From the NCBI GenBank assembly GCA_039028615.1, contig JBCCHT010000034.1, positions 64,001 to 128,000 on the forward strand: a stretch of 64,000 nt of DNA, written 5' to 3'. This DNA comes from Myxococcota bacterium (GTDB lineage Bacteria; Myxococcota_A; Polyangia; Nannocystales; Nannocystaceae). The notes under the pieces are model-generated. The model made no database searches. It saw nothing but the letters and a program-made list of their open reading frames with translations, and had not been told where the DNA came from. A program made the translations under genes and the position numbers. Shown here in pieces: positions 57,282 through 64,000 of this stretch. Every line of letters begins with the position of its first letter. Position 1 is the stretch's first letter.

Positions 57282-59099
57282 ATGGCCTCCAACTCGCATT
57301 CATCGTCCGATGAGGACACCGGCTCCTCTGGAGCGCTGAGGCTGGTCACGCCTTCGGCCCAGGGCGGGACTGCGAGCGGGGACACGGGGGAGGAGTCCAA
57401 GGACTCGGGCCAGGGCGACTTCAACCTCCGCATCCTGAACCCGATGTTCAGGTACATGAGGGCCAAGTTCGGCGCCGACGTCCTGGACGACGTGGTCCGC
57501 GACTGCGGGATCGCCCCCGAGACGATCCGCCGCAACAACGAGTGGATCCGTCACGAGCAGCTCGAGCGCCTGCTCTCCGCCGCCCGGGAGATGACCGGCA
57601 GCGACGAAGAGTTCATGCGGGCCTGCACCTTCGAGCTGAAGAAGCAGTACGGCGCGTTCATCCTCATCGTCCGCGGGATGTCGGTCGGCATGACCTTCCG
57701 CATGATGGCCCGAACCAGTCCCATGGTCTGCCGGGCGAGCTACTTCGAGGTCGTCGACGGCAGCCGCACTTCGGTGCGGGTCCGGTACGTCACCCAGCAC
57801 AACGAGAGCCGACTGAGCTGCTTGTCGCGACAGGCGCAGCTCAAGATGGGCCCCACGCTGTTCATGGGCATGGCGCCCGCGCGCCTCAGCGAGCACAGCT
57901 GCGTGGCGCACGGCGACGACTGCTGCGAATACGAGCTGAGCTGGTACGAGCCGCTGCGGACCCGCCGGGTCATCGCTGGGCTCGCGCTCGGGGCCGCAGC
58001 CGCAGCCGCGATCCCCACCAGCTGGGCCGCGCCCGTGCTCGCGTTCACCGTGCTGCCGCTGCTCGGCGGCATCGCGGGCGCCTCGATCGAGCTGCGCCGC
58101 CTCATCGACGAGCACCTCAAGTTCTCCGACACCACCGCCCGCGAGATGGAGCAGATCGTCGGCCAGCATACCCAGGCCATGGACGAGCTGACCGCCCTGC
58201 AAGAGCGCGAGCGCAACTGGAGCCGCTTGCTCGAGCAAGCGGTGTCCGACCGGACCCTCAAGCTCAACACCATCGTGCGGCGCCTCAAGTCGGTGCTCCG
58301 CCGCCGCACGGGCGAGTTCCCGGCGCTGCCCAGCGACCTCCAGCAGCCCCTCGACGCGCTCACCAGCCTCGCCGACGACCTCTCCGACGACGCGTCCGAC
58401 CAGCAGTCGCCAGCCCACAACCCCACCAGCGAGAGCGCGGTCGATCGCGTGTCCAAGCTGGTCGGTGAGCTGGTCGACATCGCCGAGCACGACCCGGTCC
58501 GCAACCAAGACGGGCCCGAGGAAGTCATGGTCGACGAGCTCGTCGCTCGGATCCGCCGCCACCTCAAGGCGACGATGATCGGCCGGGACGTCCGCATCAC
58601 GGTGTTCCAGACCCGCGAGGCGCCCGAGCGCATCGTGACCGTCCGGACGATGCTCGAGCGCATCATCGACAACCTGCTGTTCAACGCCAGCCGGCACACC
58701 GAGCGCGGCAGCATCGTGGTCGAGGTCGGCGGTACGCCGGGCAGCCTGTTGCTGAAGCTCTCCGATACCGGCGAAGGGGTGGCCACCGAGCGCCTCGAGC
58801 AGGTCTTCGGCAACGACATGGCCAGCGCCAGCCTGCCCGCGCACAACTCGGGCCTGAGTTCGGCCGCCGGGTTGCTCGATCGCCTGGGTGGGCGGCTCGA
58901 GGTCATGAGCGAGCCCAAGGTGGGTACCACCTTGTGGGTCTACTTCCCCTTGGACATCCGTCGCGAAGGACAAGGGGATCGCGCTCGTAGTGAAGGCACC
59001 GCTGCCCCGCAGTCGGACGAGCCTCGCTCCGAGATGGTCGGTCGCGTCGTCACGATCCGGGCCCGCAGCGGCTCCGGCTCGCACGACGCCGCGGACTGA
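57282..59099 (+). CDS. Sensor histidine kinase-like protein with H-NOX/V4R-type N-terminal domain; degenerate H-box and G2 box
   Basis: V4R-like SCVAHGDDCCEYELSW; hydrophobic hairpin; coiled coil; H-box region PSDLQQPL; N-box NLLFNASRHT, G1 DTGEG, G2 AHNSGL, then GGRLEVMSEPKVGTT. Confidence 0.8.
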   Translation: MASNSHSSSDEDTGSSGALRLVTPSAQGGTASGDTGEESKDSGQGDFNLRILNPMFRYMRAKFGADVLDDVVRDCGIAPETIRRNNEWIRHEQLERLLSAAREMTGSDEEFMRACTFELKKQYGAFILIVRGMSVGMTFRMMARTSPMVCRASYFEVVDGSRTSVRVRYVTQHNESRLSCLSRQAQLKMGPTLFMGMAPARLSEHSCVAHGDDCCEYELSWYEPLRTRRVIAGLALGAAAAAAIPTSWAAPVLAFTVLPLLGGIAGASIELRRLIDEHLKFSDTTAREMEQIVGQHTQAMDELTALQERERNWSRLLEQAVSDRTLKLNTIVRRLKSVLRRRTGEFPALPSDLQQPLDALTSLADDLSDDASDQQSPAHNPTSESAVDRVSKLVGELVDIAEHDPVRNQDGPEEVMVDELVARIRRHLKATMIGRDVRITVFQTREAPERIVTVRTMLERIIDNLLFNASRHTERGSIVVEVGGTPGSLLLKLSDTGEGVATERLEQVFGNDMASASLPAHNSGLSSAAGLLDRLGGRLEVMSEPKVGTTLWVYFPLDIRREGQGDRARSEGTAAPQSDEPRSEMVGRVVTIRARSGSGSHDAAD

Positions 59100-59156
59100 A
59101 CGGGGCTTTGTGCCCCCTTCCTACCTTCGCCCCCTTAACCTTTGGTTCGTACTCCG

Positions 59157-60890
59157 ATGACTGCCCCAACGCCCTCCGGGGAACGCATGGTCGACATCAT
59201 GCTCCGCTACCTGCGAGCGGAGGGGACCCGCGTGGTCTTTGGTGTGCCGGGCGGGCTGCTGCACCCCTTCTTCACCGCCATCGAAGAAGACCCCGAGCTG
59301 CTGCTGGTGGTGACCAAGCACGAAGCCGGCGCGGCGTTCATGGCCGATGGCTACGCCCGCTCCACTGGCTCGCTGTCGGTCTGCGCGGGCACCTCGGGCC
59401 CCGGCGCCACCAACCTGCTCACCGGGGTCGCGGCGGCGTTCTCCGATGGCGTGCCCATGCTCGTGATCACCGGGCAGGCGCCGTCCCACACCATCGGTCG
59501 CGGTGCCGCCCAGGAGATGGCCCCCGAGGACGTCGACATCGTCGCGATGTTCCGGCCCGTCACCAAGTACTCGGTCATGATCCCCGCGCCCGACCGGGTC
59601 TCGCACCATCTCCGTCGGGCGCTGCGGCTCGCGCTCACCGGGCAGCCGGGCCCCGTGCACCTCAACGTGCCCGTCGACTTCTGGGAGCGCCCCGCTCGAC
59701 CGGAGTGGTTCGCCCCCCAGAGCTACCGCCCCTCGACCCAGACCTTCGACCGCGAGGCGGTTCGCGAGGCGTCGCGCTGGCTGGTCAACGCCGAGTACCC
59801 CGTGCTGCTGGTGGGCTCGGGCGTGGCCACCTCGAGCGCGCGTGTCGAGACGCGGGCACTCGCCGAGCGCCTGCCCGCCCGCGTCGCCACCACCCCGCGC
59901 GCCAAGGGGGTCTTTCCCGAGGACCACCCGCTATCGCTCGGGGTCATGGGCTTCGCCGGGCACACCACCGCGCGCGAGACCCTGCTCTCCGAGCGCGTCG
60001 ACGTCTTGCTCACGGTCGGCGCCTCGCTCAACGAGACCACCACCCTCAACTGGCATCCCAAGCTGATGCCCAGCCAGGCGCTCATCCAGCTCGACATCTC
60101 CGTCGACCGAATCGGCCGCAACTACCCGGTCACCGTGCCGCTGGTCGGCGACGCCCGCACCGTGCTCAACGAGCTGGCCTTCCACATCCAGCGCGAGCTC
60201 AAGGGCACCGTCACCGCGTCGCGCTGGGCCGAAGAGCCTCCCATCGACCACGGCGACAGCTTCTACTCCGAGCCCGAGCTACGGAACTCCGACGCCATTC
60301 CCGTCACGCCCCAGCGCTGGCGCGTCGAGCTGGGCGAGATCCTGCCGGGCAACGCCATCGTGTTCTCCGACATCGGCGGGCACATGCTCTTCAACATCCA
60401 AGACCTGGCCATCCGCCACCGCCAGAGCTTCATGCTCAACCTGGGCTTCGGCTCCATGGGGCACGGCACAGCAGCGCCCGTCGGGGCCGCTCTGGCTGCG
60501 CCCCATCGCCCGGTGGTGGCGATCATCGGCGACGCCTGCTTCACGATGTGCGGCATGGAGCTGCTCACCGCGGCCGAGTACGACGTGCCCGTCATCTGGA
60601 TCGTCGAGAACAACCAGATGCACGGCATCACCTGGCACGGTAGCCGGCAGGTGGGCAACGGTGAGCCGATGGACGCCATCCGCTATCGTCGCTCCATCGA
60701 GATCGCCCGCATCTCACAATCCATGGGGGTCGACTCCTGGGTCGTGGATCGCCCCGGGCAGCTGCGCTCCGCGTTCATGGAGGCGCTCGAGCGCCGACGC
60801 CCCTCCCTCATCGAGATCCTCGTCGACGGGTCCATCCCTCCCCCGCTCGGTGACCGAGCCAAGTCCATCGCGGGCTTCCGCGATCGTTGA
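59157..60890 (+). CDS. Thiamine diphosphate-dependent enzyme (acetolactate-synthase superfamily, not canonical IlvB)
   Basis: VFGVPGG, KHEAGAAFMADGYAR, TSGPGATN, PGPVHLNVPVD, GSMG, GDACF...ENN. Confidence 0.9.
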   Translation: MTAPTPSGERMVDIMLRYLRAEGTRVVFGVPGGLLHPFFTAIEEDPELLLVVTKHEAGAAFMADGYARSTGSLSVCAGTSGPGATNLLTGVAAAFSDGVPMLVITGQAPSHTIGRGAAQEMAPEDVDIVAMFRPVTKYSVMIPAPDRVSHHLRRALRLALTGQPGPVHLNVPVDFWERPARPEWFAPQSYRPSTQTFDREAVREASRWLVNAEYPVLLVGSGVATSSARVETRALAERLPARVATTPRAKGVFPEDHPLSLGVMGFAGHTTARETLLSERVDVLLTVGASLNETTTLNWHPKLMPSQALIQLDISVDRIGRNYPVTVPLVGDARTVLNELAFHIQRELKGTVTASRWAEEPPIDHGDSFYSEPELRNSDAIPVTPQRWRVELGEILPGNAIVFSDIGGHMLFNIQDLAIRHRQSFMLNLGFGSMGHGTAAPVGAALAAPHRPVVAIIGDACFTMCGMELLTAAEYDVPVIWIVENNQMHGITWHGSRQVGNGEPMDAIRYRRSIEIARISQSMGVDSWVVDRPGQLRSAFMEALERRRPSLIEILVDGSIPPPLGDRAKSIAGFRDR

Positions 60891-61609
60891 GCCTTTGCCC
60901 GATGAGCTCTGAACTCCGAGGTCCCATCGAAGACCGGCCGTGGCCGACCACCCTGCCCGGGCGCGTGGTCCGACCGGGGGCCGAGCCTCGGATCCGCGGC
61001 TACGACCTGCACGGCGACCTCGTACGGCACTACGGCTTCGCCGAGATCGCCCTCATCGCGCTGCACGGACAGGCTCCCGCGGGTAACGAGGGTCGGCTCT
61101 TCGAGCTTTCGCTGAGCTTGCTGAGTCCTTGCTCCGTCGCCGAAGCCCCCAGCCACGGGGCGCAGCTGGTGCGTCGGTGTGGCGCCCGCAGTGCAGCCGT
61201 GCTCTCGGCGGGCGCGGTGGCCCTGAGCGAGCAGGCCCAGGCCGTCGTGGACGAACATCGCGAGCTGCTCGCGTGGCTCGACGCCCCCGAGTCTGTGCTG
61301 CCGCCCGCCTATCAGAGCACCGAGCCGGCCGAGACCGACGCGGTGGCCCGCTTCGCCGAGCACGTGCGGGCCCTGGGGATCACGCTCCCCATCCTCGAGC
61401 AGACCCCGACCTTCCGGGCGGCCCTGCTCGCCGCGCTGCACCACTGCGGGCTGCGGGATCCCGAGCGCCTGCAGGTGGCCTGGGTGCTGGCGCGGCTGCC
61501 CACCGTGCTGGCCGAGGCCCTCGAGCAACCCAGCGGCGAGCTCCGCAGCTACCCCATCGACCTGCCCCACTACGCGTACGTCCCCTCCGACGACGAACCC
61601 AGCCCCTGA
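60887..61609 (+). CDS. Citrate-synthase/citryl-CoA-lyase-fold protein A (degenerate)
   Basis: RIRGYDLHGDL...FAEIALIALHGQAP, EAPSH, ARLPTVLAEALE. TTG start overlaps the upstream stop (TTGA); alternative ATG 60902. Confidence 0.65.
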   Translation: MSLCPMSSELRGPIEDRPWPTTLPGRVVRPGAEPRIRGYDLHGDLVRHYGFAEIALIALHGQAPAGNEGRLFELSLSLLSPCSVAEAPSHGAQLVRRCGARSAAVLSAGAVALSEQAQAVVDEHRELLAWLDAPESVLPPAYQSTEPAETDAVARFAEHVRALGITLPILEQTPTFRAALLAALHHCGLRDPERLQVAWVLARLPTVLAEALEQPSGELRSYPIDLPHYAYVPSDDEPSP

Positions 61610-61623
61610 GCGGCCCGCGAACC

Positions 61624-62430
61624 ATGTCCGCGCCATCCATCGTCACCCACGTGGGTCATGCTTCGTGGGGCGACAACCTCTACCGGGGCTACGGCGTGCT
61701 GAACGACCTGGCGGGCACCGACGGGTTCTGGAGCATGATCTCGATGTCGCTGGGCGGACCTCGGCTCGAACCACGCCAGTGCCGGGTGCTCGACGAGCTG
61801 TCGACCTGTAGCTTCGCCGCCGACCCGAGGGTGTGGCCGATGAAGGCGGTGCGGATGGGTGCGGCCTACGGCAGCGTCACCGCGGGCTTGTGCGTGGGGC
61901 TGCTGGCAGTCGACCACGCCCGCATGGGCCCCGCGATCGCGGGCGGAGCGGCGAAGATCTTCGTGGGCCTGATGCCACCGGGCGAGCCGATGCCCCCCAC
62001 CGAAGGACTCCACACCGAGCTCGATGCCCTGGTGGCCTCGGGGAGTCGCCTCGATGGTTTCGGCGTGCCCTTCCGTCCCCGAGACGAGCGCGTCGATGCC
62101 CTGCGGCGCTGCATGGCCGCGCACCCGGAGGACGAGGGCCCCTACTGGCGGCTGATGAACGCCGTCGACGAGTACCTCGCGGCGCACCATCGGCTCCCCA
62201 TCAACATCGCGGGCGCAGCCGCAGCGGTCGCCCTCGATCTCGGTTTTCGGCCGCGACAGATCACCCACCTGCCCGCCGCCCTGCTGCTGTCGAACTTCCT
62301 CGCCAACGCCTACGAGGGTGCAGCCCAGCGTCCCGCCGTCTTGCAGCGGCTCCCCGATGCGGTGATCGAGTACGTGGGTGAGCCCGACCGTCGCAGCCCC
62401 CGAGCCCTCGCGGCGGAACCCGGCGGCTGA
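61624..62430 (+). CDS. Citrate-synthase/citryl-CoA-lyase-fold protein B (degenerate)
   Basis: YRGYGVLNDL, ADPRVWP, RLDGFGVPFRPRDERV, LPINIAGAAAAVALDLGF, IEYVGEPDR. Confidence 0.7.
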   Translation: MSAPSIVTHVGHASWGDNLYRGYGVLNDLAGTDGFWSMISMSLGGPRLEPRQCRVLDELSTCSFAADPRVWPMKAVRMGAAYGSVTAGLCVGLLAVDHARMGPAIAGGAAKIFVGLMPPGEPMPPTEGLHTELDALVASGSRLDGFGVPFRPRDERVDALRRCMAAHPEDEGPYWRLMNAVDEYLAAHHRLPINIAGAAAAVALDLGFRPRQITHLPAALLLSNFLANAYEGAAQRPAVLQRLPDAVIEYVGEPDRRSPRALAAEPGG

Positions 62431-62435
62431 ATTGC

Positions 62436-62467
62436 CGAGCGCGCCCGGCTTGCACCGCGCGCGCTCG
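62436..62467. terminator. GC hairpin between convergent genes
   Basis: CGAGCGCGC...GCGCGCTCG 9-bp stem with inner CGG/CCG pairs. Confidence 0.4.
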
Positions 62468-62490
62468 ACTCGACGAAACCGCAGGAGCGG

Positions 62491-64000
62491 CTACTCGTCG
62501 TCGTCCGGGGCCGACTGCGTGACGTCGTCGGCACTGCCCTCGTCGTCACCGCCCGCGTCCGGGGCCTCGATCGCCGCGGGCGGCTCGGGCTCCGACGCCT
62601 CGGGCTCCTCCGACGCCTCGCTGCTCGGTGCCTGCTGCACGGCCGCCGACTGGGCGGGAGAGTCGGCCTCTTCGAAGTCGAAGTGCCAACGACCGCCAAA
62701 GCCCAGGCCAATGGTGAGCTTGGGCGGGATGTCGCCCTCGGCCATGCGCTCGAGCAGGGCGCGCGACAGGACCGGCATCAAGGAGCCTCGCATCGCGTGG
62801 TCCAGCGCGCGGGCGCCCGTCTCCGACTCGGTGCAGCGCGAGACCATCTCGGAGATGAGCGAGTCGGCGAAGATCGTCTGCAGGCCGTGGGCCTCTTCGA
62901 GGCGCTTGCCCAGCCCGCCGAGCTTGAGCTTGGCGATGTCGGTGAGGATCTCCGGGTCCATCGGGCGATACGGCACGATGCTCATCCGGGCGAGCAACGC
63001 CGGCTTGAAGTGCTTGCTCAGCGACGGCCGCACCGCCTCGAGCACGTCGCTGACGGGCGGCTTTTTGCCGTCCTCGTGCAGGCTCATGATGACGTCGGTG
63101 GCCAGGTTGCTGGTGAGGATGACGACCGTGTTGCGGAAGTTGACGATCCGCCCCTCGCCGTCGCTCAGCATGCCCTTGTCGAAGACCTGATAGAACAGGT
63201 TCATGACCTCGAGGTCGGCCTTCTCGCACTCGTCGAGCAGGACCACCGAGTAGGGGCGCTTGCGCACCGCCTCGGTGAGCACGCCGCCCTCGCCGTAGCC
63301 CACGTAGCCTGGAGGCGAGCCGATGAGCCGCGACACGGTGTGCTTCTCCTGGAACTCGCTCATGTTGATGGTGACCATCGAGCGCTCGCCACCGTAGAGC
63401 AGGTCGGCCAGCGCCAGCGCGGTCTCCGTCTTACCGACACCACTGGGGCCGACGAAGAGCATCACCGAGATCGGCGTCTGCGGGTTGCGAACGCCCGCGT
63501 GGGACATGCGAATCGACTCGGACACGGCCGCCACCGCGTGGTCCTGGCCCTTGATCCGCGCCTGGAGGTGCTCCTCGAGGTTGAGCATCAGCTCGATGGA
63601 GCTGCTCCGCATCTTGCCCACGGGGATGCCGGTCCAGTCGGCCACCACCTGCGCGATGGCGTCGCGATCGACCTCGGCGTGCACCAGCGGCTCCTCGCCT
63701 TGCGCCTCGAGCAGCGTGGCCCGGGCCTTCTCGACCGCCGCCTGCCGCTGCTCGCGGACGTTGTCGGGCGACTCCCGCAGCGCGGCCGTGGCCTCGCGCA
63801 CGGCCACGATGGCTTCGCGCTCGGCGTTGAGCTTGGTCTCGACCGTCTCGATCTCGCCGTCGATCTCGGCGATGCGGGTCCGCAGCTCTTCGACGCGCTC
63901 GCGGCTGTCGTCACCCGCGGCGGCATCGGCCAGGTCGCGGGTCCGGGAGTCGAGCTCGCGCTGGAGGCTGGCCTGCTCGGAGCGCAGGGTGACCAGGGCG
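62491..64000 (-). CDS. tssH: Type VI secretion AAA+ ATPase ClpV/TssH, C-terminal part (5' end outside the window)
   Basis: VADWTGIPVGKM, GPSGVGKTETALALADLLYGGE, INMSEFQEKHTVSRLIGSPPGYVGYGEGGVLTEAVR, ESETGARAL. Frame is open to the window edge; tagH is nearby. Confidence 0.88.
   Translation of the reverse strand, partial: ALVTLRSEQASLQRELDSRTRDLADAAAGDDSRERVEELRTRIAEIDGEIETVETKLNAEREAIVAVREATAALRESPDNVREQRQAAVEKARATLLEAQGEEPLVHAEVDRDAIAQVVADWTGIPVGKMRSSSIELMLNLEEHLQARIKGQDHAVAAVSESIRMSHAGVRNPQTPISVMLFVGPSGVGKTETALALADLLYGGERSMVTINMSEFQEKHTVSRLIGSPPGYVGYGEGGVLTEAVRKRPYSVVLLDECEKADLEVMNLFYQVFDKGMLSDGEGRIVNFRNTVVILTSNLATDVIMSLHEDGKKPPVSDVLEAVRPSLSKHFKPALLARMSIVPYRPMDPEILTDIAKLKLGGLGKRLEEAHGLQTIFADSLISEMVSRCTESETGARALDHAMRGSLMPVLSRALLERMAEGDIPPKLTIGLGFGGRWHFDFEEADSPAQSAAVQQAPSSEASEEPEASEPEPPAAIEAPDAGGDDEGSADDVTQSAPDDDE

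Noticed and set aside
53807..57313. 1168-aa plus-strand ORF
   Set aside because: Antisense shadow of tagH and two lipoprotein genes; no motifs, and long stop-free antisense frames are expected at high GC3.
59157..60890. Housekeeping ilvB assignment
   Set aside because: Lacks the RFDDRV motif and has no regulatory subunit or ilvC neighbour.
62491..64000. ClpB chaperone assignment
   Set aside because: WTGIPVGKM, ETALALADLLYGGE and GYGEGGVLTEAVR, plus nearby tagH, fit ClpV/TssH better.

Overview
GC-rich chromosomal window, most likely from a myxobacterium (Nannocystaceae-like; inferred from kinase-TPR proteins, Cys-rich and RCC1 lipoproteins, GKADG motif and T6SS genes). About 40 real CDSs; most other ORFs in the track are antisense or off-frame shadows. 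No rRNA, tRNA, CRISPR array, transposase or integrase was recognised. Main points of interest: (1) a four-gene cassette on the opposite strand between T6SS clpV/tssH and tagH, encoding a V4R-type sensor histidine kinase that lacks its phospho-His, a non-housekeeping ThDP enzyme and two degenerate citrate-synthase-fold proteins, a candidate signal-synthesis and sensing module; (2) a ~1,936-aa M48 peptidase-TerB-DUF4011-SF1 helicase fusion with a degenerate C-terminal nuclease, a candidate protease-armed Hhe-like defence protein; (3) a DUF1449/YqiJ-flotillin-giant AAA+ ATPase operon with internal repeats and RNA hairpins; (4) an orphan DrmD/DrmMI-like SNF2 helicase plus N6-adenine methyltransferase pair; (5) a divergent REC(D->E)-Hpt-REC and Ser/Thr kinase-REC pair. 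All family assignments come from motifs read by eye; no database searches were run.
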